A DNA stretch of 64,000 nucleotides from an uncultured Thermoleophilaceae bacterium (GTDB lineage: Bacteria > Actinomycetota > Thermoleophilia > Solirubrobacterales > JACPNS01), in NCBI GenBank assembly GCA_964455545.1, contig CAYVWQ010000002.1:138596-202595 (forward strand), written 5' to 3'. The notes below the pieces were generated by a model. That model did no database searches and was not told the origin of the DNA. It saw only the letters and a list, made by a program, of their open reading frames with translations. Below are positions 9,526 through 18,736 of this stretch, piece by piece. A program made the translations under genes and the position numbers. How positions within the stretch are numbered: position 1 is the stretch's first letter; each line of letters starts with the position of its first letter.

Positions 9526-10409
9526 ACGGCTCTGTGCCACCGCCACCCGCCGCCCGCGGCCCCGAGTCGTCAGAGTTGCCGCCACTCACGCTCGTTCAGC
9601 CGACGGCCTTTCCTTCGCGCGGCGAGTGGTCTCAGTTCTGGCATCTCGCACGCACGCTTGCCACCCACGAGATCCGTCGTCGCTACTTCGGGTCGGCGCT
9701 AGGCCACCTCTGGTCGATCGTCCGCCCGCTGTTCCTCTTCGCGATCATGTACTTCGTCTTCTCCAAAGTCGTCAGAGTCGGCGGAGACGTCCCGCATTAC
9801 CCGATCTACCTGCTCACGGCGATCGTGATGTGGACGTTTTTCGCTGAGGTGACTTCGACGGGCGTCAGCTGTCTCGTCTCACACGAGCACCTGATGCGCA
9901 AGATCAATTTTCCGCGGTTGGTGGTGCCGTTCTCGCTGGCGTTGACCAACGGCTACCAGTTCTTGCTGAACGGAGTCGTCGTGCTCGTCTTCGCGATCGC
10001 CAGCGGAGTGGAGCCGAGACTGAGTTGGCTCGGGATGATCCCGCTGCTCGCCTTTTTTTGGATGTTTTCAGTTGGCGTGGCGCTTTCGCTCGCATCCCTA
10101 TACGTGCGCTATCGCGACGTTCAGCCGATCTGGGAGGTGGCTTCTCAGGTGCTGTTCTGGGCGTCGCCGATCATCTATGTCGCGAGTTTTCCGCCGGAGA
10201 ACATCCGCGTGCCGCTGGCGGCGAGTCCGATCTCGTCTTGCATGACCCAGATGCGATTCTGGTTCATCGATCCCGCCGCGCCGACGGCCGCAAACATCCT
10301 CGGCGGCAGAGTCTGGCTGCTCCTCCCGATCGGCATCGGCATCGGCTGCGCCGTCCTCGGATATCTGCTCTTCCGGTCGGTCGCACCGCGGGTCGCCGAG
10401 CTCTCCTGA
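9522..10409 (+). CDS. wzm: ABC-2 type polysaccharide exporter permease (Wzm-type)
   Basis: Motif HEIRRRYFGSALGHLWSIVRPL plus six hydrophobic segments. GTGA overlap with wzt. Confidence 0.85.
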   Translation: MNGSVPPPPAARGPESSELPPLTLVQPTAFPSRGEWSQFWHLARTLATHEIRRRYFGSALGHLWSIVRPLFLFAIMYFVFSKVVRVGGDVPHYPIYLLTAIVMWTFFAEVTSTGVSCLVSHEHLMRKINFPRLVVPFSLALTNGYQFLLNGVVVLVFAIASGVEPRLSWLGMIPLLAFFWMFSVGVALSLASLYVRYRDVQPIWEVASQVLFWASPIIYVASFPPENIRVPLAASPISSCMTQMRFWFIDPAAPTAANILGGRVWLLLPIGIGIGCAVLGYLLFRSVAPRVAELS

Positions 10410-10412
10410 GCG

Positions 10413-12824
10413 CTAAAGCACTTCGATCCAGTCGACGTTGCGATCGCAATACCGACTGAGGCCAGACGGCTTGACCACCACCAGCTTCGCGCCGGCGGAC
10501 GGTAGGTAGACCGTGCGTCCGACTAGGTCGCCGCGCGCATTGCCGGCTTGGAGACGCGAAGTGGGAGTGGCGCGCAGCAGCACCGACGCCTTGCCGCCTG
10601 CGACAAAGCTTCCGAGCGGCTGCCAGCCGTCTTGAGTTCCGAGCTCTTCCCGCTGCCTCCCCGTCGGGTAGCCGTCGACGCTGTGTGAGAACCCGGGGCC
10701 GAACGATCCCTGCACGAGGACCTCGTAGCGTGTGCCTCGCGCGAGGGTGATCTTCCCGCCATTCGCTGCGTTTCGATTCTTGCGCTGGAAGATTCCTTCC
10801 TGCGGGCCGACCTGGAAGCCGGCCGGGGGCGCTGAGTTCGGCGACAACGGGCGGGCGACCGTCGTCGGCGCCAGTGCAACGCGTAGCCGGGTGCGCTCGG
10901 GGAGCTTGCGCAGGGCGTGAATCTCGGGGCTGGAGCATTGCAATGCAGATCCGCCGCTGAGCTGTTCTGCGCCGAGCGGGATGTGGCGCCGCGGAGCGGG
11001 TCCCAAGCGCTGCCAGAGCACGTAGTGCCGCGAGGACGCAACGGCGTTGAAGTTGCCGGGCGGTCGGCTACCCGGGTTGCGGCGATCGAGGATGAACCTG
11101 TACCGATCCATGAACGAGAGGTCGTAGTCATCTGTGTCAGGCGTGTGGGGCACCCCGGCCGTCCCGCCGCTGATCGTGTAGCGCTCGGCGACTGGCAGCC
11201 ACGAACTCCAAATCTCCGTCGGAGACGCGTCGCGCATCAACAACATCGCGTATGCAGAGCGCTCGTTGACCAGCACCGGCCCCTTCCCGGCAAGCCGGTT
11301 GTTCCAGCCGGCCAACTCATCGAACGTCTGTTTCGGCGACACCCAGACCGAATTGAAAATCATCACCCAGGAGGCGAGGAGTCCGATGACCAGCAGGCCG
11401 GCAAAAGGCGCCGCGATGCGGGGCCGCGAGGCGACGGCGGCGGCGATGCCGATCACGACTGCGGTTACGCAGGCGACCGACAGCACGACGAGGCCCTTGC
11501 CTTCGAAGTAGGCGGAGTAATTGAAGTGCAACCAGATGCAGGCGATGACGCTCGCGCCGACGGCCAGAGGCATCGCCAGCAAACGTCGTCGCAGGGCCAC
11601 GACGAACCCGAAGGCGGCGAAGGCGAAGGCGATCAGCGTCAACGCCTGCTGAATCTTCATGTGCTCCGGGGCGTAGCGGTAATCGCCGACCAGCCAAACT
11701 CCCAGCGTCTCGCTCCAGTTCAAAGATCCGAGCAGGTTGCCGTTCTGCTGGAGCGCCTCGCTACCGCTGTTGGTCGAAGTGAAAGACAGTGCTCCGAGGA
11801 GCTGTGGTATCAGGACCACCACAGTCAATGTCGCTGCCGCCGCAAACGCGCCGATCAGGCGACCGCGCGAGACCTCCTTGGGCGGGTGTGCCAACGCGAT
11901 TCCCGCGACGACCACAATGATCGGAGCGAGCCAGAAGAGCGCGGCCGGCCCCATCGTGGAGATCGCGCCGCCGGCACCAACCACGAACGGGATCAGCGAA
12001 CGAAGGCGAAATTCTTGCCGCCGAGCAAACTCAGCCGTCGTGGCGCAGAGCATTATCAACGCGGCGAAGAGAATCTCTTTCAGCGAGCCCTGCGCAAAGT
12101 AGGAGGCCGGCAGGTAGCTGCACGCGGCGACAACCGCGCCGATCGAGCACGCCCAGCGAGGGAGTTGTGAAGCGGAGAGAATCGCTCGTACCGCGAGCGC
12201 CGCAAAGGCGCCGCAGGCGGCTATCAGCGGGGTCCAGACCAGCAGGGATCGCGTGCCGGCGAGCATGCTTGACACCAAGACGAGCATGTGGCTGCCGATC
12301 GGGTAGCCATCGCCGAGCAATCGAGAGACGGCTTCGTATGAAGACGCCGGCTGCTTGAACTGATGCATGCCTGTCGTGCGCAGGAGCTCTACAACGGTGA
12401 GGTGCCCGGCGGGGTCGTTGTTGAAGACGTAACCAAGCAGCGCAGCGCGTCCGAACGTTACAAGCGGAATCATCAGCAGGACGTACGCAGCTAGCCACGT
12501 GAGCGCGTCGTGGATGAGGTCTTGGCGCCGCTGGTTGCGTTCCGACTGCGACGCGGTCGCCCGTGTTCTGCGGGCGCTGGTGACAATCCCTATGAGGGCT
12601 CCGACAACCGCGACCGCCACGCATCCGCTGGCAGGTATGCCGATCAGCATCGACCCACTGAGCACCACCGTCACTGCGGCTAGGCCGACCGGAATTCGCA
12701 GTGATCGCAGCGAGTCTGCGGCGGCGAGTTCGACCAACGCCCCCCATCCGGTCGAAACTGCCAGCAGTATCAGCGGCGCGACGATCCAGGCGAGGAGCAG
12801 GGTCGATGGCGCGGTTGAATCCAT
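10413..12824 (-). CDS. Large (803 aa) polytopic membrane protein with ~250-aa C-terminal soluble beta-rich domain, GT-C-like candidate
   Basis: A long uninterrupted ORF. The N-terminal ~550 aa are rich in TM helices and the C-terminal domain is hydrophilic. It sits at the end of the glycan cluster. No family motif was recognised. Confidence 0.6.
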   Translation of the reverse strand: MDSTAPSTLLLAWIVAPLILLAVSTGWGALVELAAADSLRSLRIPVGLAAVTVVLSGSMLIGIPASGCVAVAVVGALIGIVTSARRTRATASQSERNQRRQDLIHDALTWLAAYVLLMIPLVTFGRAALLGYVFNNDPAGHLTVVELLRTTGMHQFKQPASSYEAVSRLLGDGYPIGSHMLVLVSSMLAGTRSLLVWTPLIAACGAFAALAVRAILSASQLPRWACSIGAVVAACSYLPASYFAQGSLKEILFAALIMLCATTAEFARRQEFRLRSLIPFVVGAGGAISTMGPAALFWLAPIIVVVAGIALAHPPKEVSRGRLIGAFAAAATLTVVVLIPQLLGALSFTSTNSGSEALQQNGNLLGSLNWSETLGVWLVGDYRYAPEHMKIQQALTLIAFAFAAFGFVVALRRRLLAMPLAVGASVIACIWLHFNYSAYFEGKGLVVLSVACVTAVVIGIAAAVASRPRIAAPFAGLLVIGLLASWVMIFNSVWVSPKQTFDELAGWNNRLAGKGPVLVNERSAYAMLLMRDASPTEIWSSWLPVAERYTISGGTAGVPHTPDTDDYDLSFMDRYRFILDRRNPGSRPPGNFNAVASSRHYVLWQRLGPAPRRHIPLGAEQLSGGSALQCSSPEIHALRKLPERTRLRVALAPTTVARPLSPNSAPPAGFQVGPQEGIFQRKNRNAANGGKITLARGTRYEVLVQGSFGPGFSHSVDGYPTGRQREELGTQDGWQPLGSFVAGGKASVLLRATPTSRLQAGNARGDLVGRTVYLPSAGAKLVVVKPSGLSRYCDRNVDWIEVL

Positions 12825-12944
12825 ATCGGCGGTGAGGTTACGTGTTCACGTGTTCAGACACGTTCGACCCAGGCAATGTTGCGGCCGCAGTGGCGCCGAA
12901 GTCGCCCACCGCGGCCGCAGCAGGCCCATCAGCACTGCGGCTCG

Positions 12945-13895
12945 CTAGCCGCGCTTGGCCAGCTGCTCGACGCGCCGCACGGCACGCCGCCAGACGCTCA
13001 GCAGCGAGCTCGCCCACTCCCGCTCCTCGACCTGCGCCTTGACGGGCAGGCGGTTCGCGGGGTACCACGAAAGTTCGGCCTCGAGTTCGGCGATCCGCGC
13101 CTCTGCGGCCGCCAGCTCTTCGCTCAGGTCGGCGGTCGGGGCCGGCTCGGACTCGCGCGCGGCGAGGTCTTCCTGCGCCAGCTCGAGGCGGTCTGAAAGC
13201 GCGGTGATCTGCTGGCGCTGAGCCTCGATCTGTGCGCTCTGCGAGGCGATCCGCTCTTCCTGGCTGATGATCAGCTCGCGCTGGGCCGAGCCGCTGGCGA
13301 CGGCGAGCTGCGGCGCGAGCTTCGGCATCGGCCCGTGTGCGGCGACGACGATGTGGAAGCGTTCTTCGCCGGGCCGGGCGGCCGCAAGTTTACGCACCGA
13401 GGACTGCACGGCGCGCGCCGGGTGATCGTGCTGAGCCATCGCCTCGCTGAACAGCGAGCTGGTCGTCCACTCCTGTTGAAAGAGCGTTGTCGCGTTGCCG
13501 AACCCGCGGACGAACGAGGCGCGGGCGTCGACAAAGTCGATGTCGTTGGGGAAGCGCGCGACGGCGAATCCGGTCTGCGGATTGACGACGCGCGAGAAGT
13601 CAGAGAGGTCGGCCGACGGGGTGGTGACGTCGATCACGGCGAAGTCGAAGTCGCCGTCGGCGACCACCTCGAGCTCGTTGAGCGGGCGCGAGGTGACGCG
13701 GGTCGCCGCCTCGCGAAGTGCGCCGACGCCGTCGTCGACGACGAGCGCGCTGCGGCCACGGGCGAGCTCGCAGGCGAGGGCGATGTAGACGACGCGCTCA
13801 GCGTCCTCGATTCCCCCTGGCGTAGTGCTTTGCGGCCGTTCGTCGAGTGCGACGGCGACGTGATCTCCCGTGAGTTCGGCCTCCACGACAGCCAC
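12945..13895 (-). CDS. Hypothetical protein: degenerate methyltransferase-like N-domain plus long C-terminal coiled coil
   Basis: ALVVDDGVGAL and FDFAVIDV resemble degraded SAM-MTase motifs. The C-terminal ~110 aa are heptad-like (QRELIISQEERIASQSAQIEAQRQQITALSDRLELAQEDL..AEARIAELEAEL). Start set at GTG 13895 (alternative GTG 13886), because the upstream part of the track ORF overlaps the cupin gene. Confidence 0.55.
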   Translation of the reverse strand: MAVVEAELTGDHVAVALDERPQSTTPGGIEDAERVVYIALACELARGRSALVVDDGVGALREAATRVTSRPLNELEVVADGDFDFAVIDVTTPSADLSDFSRVVNPQTGFAVARFPNDIDFVDARASFVRGFGNATTLFQQEWTTSSLFSEAMAQHDHPARAVQSSVRKLAAARPGEERFHIVVAAHGPMPKLAPQLAVASGSAQRELIISQEERIASQSAQIEAQRQQITALSDRLELAQEDLAARESEPAPTADLSEELAAAEARIAELEAELSWYPANRLPVKAQVEEREWASSLLSVWRRAVRRVEQLAKRG

Positions 13896-13974
13896 CCTAC
13901 CAACGGCCGCTGTCGTGCCCCGAGCGGTATATTGGTGGCAATTTGCAACCGAGCTTGTCAGGGGACTTTGAAAA

Positions 13975-14397
13975 ATGGCGGAAGTACAGATCGAGAAGAT
14001 CGAAGGCGACGGCTGGGCTGCGGCCAGCATCGACGCGATGGGTAAAGGCCCGGGCTTTCGCAAGGTCCGCCGTGAGCTCGACGTCCAGGAGATGGGCATG
14101 AACGTCGTCGTCCTCCCGCCCGGGATCGGCTCTGGAACGCACTGGCACGAGAAGCAGGAAGAGGTCTACTTCGTCCACTACGGGACGCTCCGCTTCACGC
14201 TCGGCGAGGACAAGAACGAGCAGGTCGTGCTTGGTCCCGGCGGCGTGATCCGCGTCAGCCCGGCGACGCACCGCTCGATCGCCAATGTCGGCGACACCGA
14301 CGCCGCGTACTTCTGTGTCGGCGCCCAGGGCGGCTACGTCGGTCGCGACGCCAGCCACCGCGAAGACGAGCCTCGCGTGCAGCAGGTCAACGTTTAA
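13975..14397 (+). CDS. Cupin domain protein
   Basis: Cupin metal motifs: GSGTHWHEKQEEVYFV and GGVIRVSPATHRSIAN. Confidence 0.8.
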   Translation: MAEVQIEKIEGDGWAAASIDAMGKGPGFRKVRRELDVQEMGMNVVVLPPGIGSGTHWHEKQEEVYFVHYGTLRFTLGEDKNEQVVLGPGGVIRVSPATHRSIANVGDTDAAYFCVGAQGGYVGRDASHREDEPRVQQVNV

Positions 14398-14404
14398 CCA
14401 GAAA

Positions 14405-14424
14405 CAGCCGGCCTGGGCCGGCTG
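14405..14424 (+). terminator. Possible GC-rich hairpin terminator after the cupin gene (no U-tract)
   Basis: CAGCCGGC ctgg GCCGGCTG, an 8-bp perfect stem located 8 nt after the stop. Confidence 0.35.
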
Positions 14425-14560
14425 CTCGGGCCCACCTCGGCCTCCGCAGTCGAAGTGGACGTTCCAGCTCCCGAGCAGCTCAGAGAACGGGGGCCAGAAG
14501 TTCGCGATTGCATCCGAAGGGACGAGCCCAACTGATGGGTGTCGTCGATTCGATGCACAC

Positions 14561-14583
14561 TCTCTTTCGGCAGCCGAAAGAGA
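14561..14583 (+). promoter_or_regulatory. Perfect 10-bp-stem hairpin in the 5' leader of the deacetylase gene
   Basis: TCTCTTTCGG cag CCGAAAGAGA, about 60 nt upstream of ATG 14643. Confidence 0.3.
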
Positions 14584-14642
14584 TCGTTGCCAAATCGATG
14601 ACAATTTCAACGTAGGATCGATGTCGCGCGCGCGCAAGAAAG

Positions 14643-15587
14643 ATGGACGAACGTCGTAGAAAGACCTCCTCGAGCCCCAACCCGCCCCTTCGTATAGCGG
14701 TTTTGGGCGCATTTCTAGTGGTTCTGATCGCAATGGTCTGGACCGCGTCGTCCTCGCTCGCCCACACCGAGATCAACCGCCCGGCGATCGAGGTTTCGCC
14801 GGTTGCGAGGGTCACCGGAGCGGCTCTCGCCTCTTCCGACGATCTATTGGTCACTCCGGCCGACAAAGCGGCCGCGGCCAAGCGCCTGGTCCGACTGAAC
14901 CTGCCGCTCTACTGCGGCGGAACGAAGCCGTACGCCGCCATCACGTTCGACGACGGCCCCTCCGAGACGACGCCCAAGCTCGTGAAGATGTTGCGCGACG
15001 CCGGCATCTCGACCACCTTCTTCGACATCGGAGCGAACTCGCAGGCGATGACCGAGAACCTCAAGACCCAAGCCGCGTACGCCCCACTTGCCAATCACTC
15101 GTGGAGCCACCCTAACCTGACGACACTGAGCCCCGAGGACATCAAGAAGCAGCTCACGGACACGCAGGCCGTCTTCAAGGCCCAGACCGGCCAGGACAAC
15201 ATGATCATGCGCCCGCCGTTCGGAGCGCGCGACGCGCAGAGCCAACGCACGATCGACAAACTCGGTTACGCCGAGATGCTCTGGAGCGCCGACTCGCAGG
15301 ACGCGCTCGGCAAGACCGCCGACCAGATCGCAAGTTCGACGATTGCCGGCATTGGCCCGGGCGCGGTGTTGCTGATGCACGATGGACCGGGCGCCACGCT
15401 TGAGGCGCTGCCGAAAGTGATCAAGGCGATCAAGCGCAGCGGCCTGACGATGGTCACGCTGCCGGAACTGCTCGCAATCAATCCTCCCAGCACCGAGCAG
15501 CTGCGGCAAGGTCCCTACGGTTGCTCGCACGCCGGCCGAGTGAACGTCTCGGGAAGCTTCCCGAATCAGCCTGACTACTCGAAATGA
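14643..15587 (+). CDS. Polysaccharide deacetylase (CE4, NodB homology domain), secreted or membrane-anchored
   Basis: CE4 motifs: ITFDDGP, HSWSHP, RPPFG, LLMHDG. An N-terminal hydrophobic anchor is present. Confidence 0.85.
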   Translation: MDERRRKTSSSPNPPLRIAVLGAFLVVLIAMVWTASSSLAHTEINRPAIEVSPVARVTGAALASSDDLLVTPADKAAAAKRLVRLNLPLYCGGTKPYAAITFDDGPSETTPKLVKMLRDAGISTTFFDIGANSQAMTENLKTQAAYAPLANHSWSHPNLTTLSPEDIKKQLTDTQAVFKAQTGQDNMIMRPPFGARDAQSQRTIDKLGYAEMLWSADSQDALGKTADQIASSTIAGIGPGAVLLMHDGPGATLEALPKVIKAIKRSGLTMVTLPELLAINPPSTEQLRQGPYGCSHAGRVNVSGSFPNQPDYSK

Positions 15588-15618
15588 ATTCGGCCGACCG
15601 TCCGGTGCCACCCAAATG

Positions 15619-15647
15619 AAAAGCCCGGGCGCTGCGCCCGGGCTTTT
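15619..15647. terminator. Bidirectional intrinsic terminator between convergent deacetylase and nrdJ
   Basis: AAAA GCCCGGGCG ctg CGCCCGGGC TTTT. A perfect 9-bp GC stem flanked by an A-run and a T-run. Confidence 0.85.
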
Positions 15648-15677
15648 CATAGATGCTCCTTCGAGATTCGCGTCTGA

Positions 15678-18545
15678 TCAGCCGCAGCCGGTGTTGTTGC
15701 CGCAGCTCGAGCAGGTGTAGCAAGAGCCGGTGCGCTGCATCATGCCTCCGCACTGCTGGCAGGCCGGGCCAAGCTCGATGCCGGACAGCTTCGCCGGGGC
15801 GGCAGTCGGCTGGTCGGGGACCAAGGCGTCGGCTGCCGGTTTGGCGGCCTCGACCTTCTTGATCTCAATCGCCGGGATCGCAGTGTCGCCGCGCAGCTCC
15901 ATGCCGGCCTCTTCGCCCATCTTCTTGGCGCGGACGGCCTCGGTCATGATGCCGAGCTCTTCCTGGATGTCCGCTTCGCAGTAACGCGAGGCGAGCCAGC
16001 GCATGATGTAGTCGGGCATCGACTTCGCGAACGGGATCTCCTTGTTCTGCGTCATGCCCTCGGGCTCGAAGCGCATGTAGGAGAACTTGTCGACGAAGGT
16101 CTCGATCGGCACGCCGTACTGGAGGCCGACGGAGATGGCCGTCGCGAACGCGTTCATCATGCCGCGCATCGTCGAGCCTTCCTTGCCGATGTCGGTGAGG
16201 AAGATCTCGCCGACGGTGCCGTCCTCGTACTCACCGGCGGTGATGTAACCCTCGTTGCCGGCGATCGAGAACTTGTGGGTGCGCGACTGGCGCTCGACCG
16301 GCATGCGGCGACGGTTCGGCTTGTTGCCTGCCTCGGCCGCGCCTTCGGCCTTGGCCGTCTCGAGTGCCTTCGCGAAGTCCTCTTCGCTCATCCGGACTTC
16401 GCCTTCAGCCGGCTCATCCTCCTGGGCGTCTGTGCGTAGGGCCTGCGCGGTCTTCGAGCCGTCGCGGTAGATCGCGAGCGCCTTCAGGCCGTACTCCCAG
16501 CCCTTGATGTAGGCGTCGGCGATGTCCTCGATCGTGGCCGTGTTCGGCATGTTCACGGTCTTGGAAATCGCGCCCGAGAGGAACGGCTGGGCCGCGGCCA
16601 TCATCTTGATGTGGCCCATGTGGCTGATCGCGCGCTCACCGACTGCGACGTCGAAGACGTCGAGGTCCTCGGCCTTGAGGCCCGGAGCGTCGACGATCGT
16701 GCCGTTCTCGGCGATGTACGCCTCGATCTGGTCGATCACGGCCTGGTCGTAGCCGAGCGTCTGCAGCGCCAGCGGCACCGTGCGGTTGACGATCGTCATG
16801 TTGCCGCCGCCGACGAGCTCCTTGAACTTGACCAGCGAGAAGTCCGGCTCGATACCGGTCGTGTCGCAGTCCATCAGGAAGGAGATCGTGCCGGTCGGGG
16901 CGAGCACCGTGGCCTGCGCGTTGCGGTAGCCGTGCTGGGCGCCGAACTCGACCGCCTCGTCCCAAGAGCGACGCGCGGCTGCGAGCAGCTCGCCGTCCTC
17001 GAGGGCGTCCGCCGGGATCTCGTAGGCAGCGTCGCGGTGCATGCGCATCACGTTCATCTGCGGCTCGGCGTTCTCCGGGTACTTCTCGTGGACGCCGATC
17101 GCCTCGGCGATCAGTGCCGACTGGCGGTACGCGCGGCCGGTCATCAGAGCGGTGATCGCGGCGGCGTCGGCGCGACCGCGGTCCGAGTCGTAGGGAAGGC
17201 CGTTGCTCATCAGCAGGGCGCCGAGGTTGGCGTAGCCGAGGCCGAGCTGGCGGAACGCGCGCGCGTTGTCGCCGATCTTCTCGGTCGGGTAGCTCGACGG
17301 GCCGACGACGATCTCCTGCGCGAGGAGGACGATGTCGATCGCGTGCTCGTACTGCGCCGTGTCGAAGCTGCCGTCCGGGCGACGGAACTTCATCAGGTTG
17401 AGCGAAGCGAGGTTGCAGGCCGAGTCATCGACGTGCATGTACTCGGAGCACGGGTTGGACGCGTTGATGCGGCCGCTGTTGGGCGACGTGTGCCAACGGT
17501 TGATGATCGTGTCGTACTGGATGCCGGGGTCGGCGCAGCGCCAGGCGGCCTCGGCGATCTCGGCCATCAGCTCGCGCGCGTCCATCTCTTCGACGACCGT
17601 GCCGTCGACGCGCGAGACCGTCGCCCAGGTGTCACCGGCGGCGACCGCCTGCATGAACTCATCGGAGACGCGCACCGAGTTGTTGGCGTTCTGGTACTGG
17701 ATCGAGGTGAAGCCGTCGCCGTCGATCGACATGTCGAACCCGGCGTCGCGCAGGGCCGCGGCCTTGTCTTCTTCCTTGGCCTTGCACCAGATGAAGTCGC
17801 GGATGTCCGGGTGGTCGACGTCGAGCACGACCATCTTCGCCGCACGGCGCGTCTTGCCGCCGGACTTGATCGTGCCGGCCCACGCGTCGGTGCCGCGCAT
17901 GAAGGAGACCGGGCCGGAGGCGGTGCCGCCCTTGCCGAGGTGCTCCATCGAGCCGCGGATGTTCGAGAGGTTGATGCCCGAGCCGGAGCCGCCGCGGAAG
18001 ATCTGGCCTTCCTGCGTGTTCCAGTCGAGGATCGACTCCATCGTGTCCTGCACGGAGAGGATGAAGCAGGCCGAGCACTGCGGGCGCTCTTCAAAACCGA
18101 CGTTGAACCAGACGGGAGAGTTGAAGGCGGCGACCTGGTGGAGGAGGATGTGGGTCAGCTCGTCTTCGAAAGCGTTGCCGTCTTCGTCGCTGGCGAAGTA
18201 GCCCAGCTCACGGCCCCAGTTACTGATCGTGCCGGCGACGCGGCCGATCATCTGCTTGACGGAGTTCTCACGCTGGTCGGTGCCCAGCTGTCCGCGGAAG
18301 TACTTCTGCGAAACGATGTTGGTGGCGTTCTGGCTCCAGGACTTCGGGAACTCGACGCCGCGCTGCTCGAACGCGGGCTTCTCGGGATTGCCGATCACCG
18401 CGTCGCGGATCTCCCATTCGATCGCGTCGAACGGGTGGACGCCGGCTTCTGTGTAGCGGCGGTTGATCTTCAGGCCCTGGCCGTGGCCTTCAAGCGTGAA
18501 GCCTGCAGCTGGCGCTGCGCCTGTGAGAACTTCCGGTGGGTTCAT
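15678..18545 (-). CDS. nrdJ: Class II (adenosylcobalamin-dependent) ribonucleoside-diphosphate/triphosphate reductase
   Basis: 955 aa. Motifs: NATNIVSQKYFRG, the active-site region ASNPCSEYMHVDDSACNLASLNL, and a C-terminal Cys cluster CQQCGGMMQRTGSCYTCSSCG. A strong SD (GGAGGAGGAGAGG) precedes the ATG. Confidence 0.9.
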   Translation of the reverse strand: MNPPEVLTGAAPAAGFTLEGHGQGLKINRRYTEAGVHPFDAIEWEIRDAVIGNPEKPAFEQRGVEFPKSWSQNATNIVSQKYFRGQLGTDQRENSVKQMIGRVAGTISNWGRELGYFASDEDGNAFEDELTHILLHQVAAFNSPVWFNVGFEERPQCSACFILSVQDTMESILDWNTQEGQIFRGGSGSGINLSNIRGSMEHLGKGGTASGPVSFMRGTDAWAGTIKSGGKTRRAAKMVVLDVDHPDIRDFIWCKAKEEDKAAALRDAGFDMSIDGDGFTSIQYQNANNSVRVSDEFMQAVAAGDTWATVSRVDGTVVEEMDARELMAEIAEAAWRCADPGIQYDTIINRWHTSPNSGRINASNPCSEYMHVDDSACNLASLNLMKFRRPDGSFDTAQYEHAIDIVLLAQEIVVGPSSYPTEKIGDNARAFRQLGLGYANLGALLMSNGLPYDSDRGRADAAAITALMTGRAYRQSALIAEAIGVHEKYPENAEPQMNVMRMHRDAAYEIPADALEDGELLAAARRSWDEAVEFGAQHGYRNAQATVLAPTGTISFLMDCDTTGIEPDFSLVKFKELVGGGNMTIVNRTVPLALQTLGYDQAVIDQIEAYIAENGTIVDAPGLKAEDLDVFDVAVGERAISHMGHIKMMAAAQPFLSGAISKTVNMPNTATIEDIADAYIKGWEYGLKALAIYRDGSKTAQALRTDAQEDEPAEGEVRMSEEDFAKALETAKAEGAAEAGNKPNRRRMPVERQSRTHKFSIAGNEGYITAGEYEDGTVGEIFLTDIGKEGSTMRGMMNAFATAISVGLQYGVPIETFVDKFSYMRFEPEGMTQNKEIPFAKSMPDYIMRWLASRYCEADIQEELGIMTEAVRAKKMGEEAGMELRGDTAIPAIEIKKVEAAKPAADALVPDQPTAAPAKLSGIELGPACQQCGGMMQRTGSCYTCSSCGNNTGCG

Positions 18546-18710
18546 CTTCCTCTCCTCCTCCTATGCCGTTGAAACGGCTGAGTGCGGCGGCCTTGCCTCG
18601 TCTGGGCTCCGCCGCAAAACAAATTGCATACTGGGAACACCCGCCGGACCGCCTGCGCTTCGCTCGAAGAACAAGGCGCTGAAGCCCTGTTTTTCGCCAT
18701 TTTGCGAAGT

Positions 18711-18736
18711 GAGTTACCGCCCTTAGGGGGTAACTC
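18711..18736. promoter_or_regulatory. Near-perfect 26-nt palindrome/hairpin in the nrdJ upstream region
   Basis: GAGTTACC gCCCttaGGGg GGTAACTC, about 165-190 nt upstream of the nrdJ ATG. Confidence 0.35.

Noticed and set aside
13896-14099. N-terminal extension of the coiled-coil ORF (track start 14099).
   Set aside because: It overlaps the cupin gene on the opposite strand and has odd Ser/Thr/Pro-rich composition. An internal GTG at 13895 or 13886 gives a sensible divergent arrangement.
16611-18572. 653-aa plus-strand ORF.
   Set aside because: It is entirely antisense to nrdJ. The sequence is Arg/Ala/Val/Gly/Asp-rich low-complexity with no motifs. Shadow ORF.
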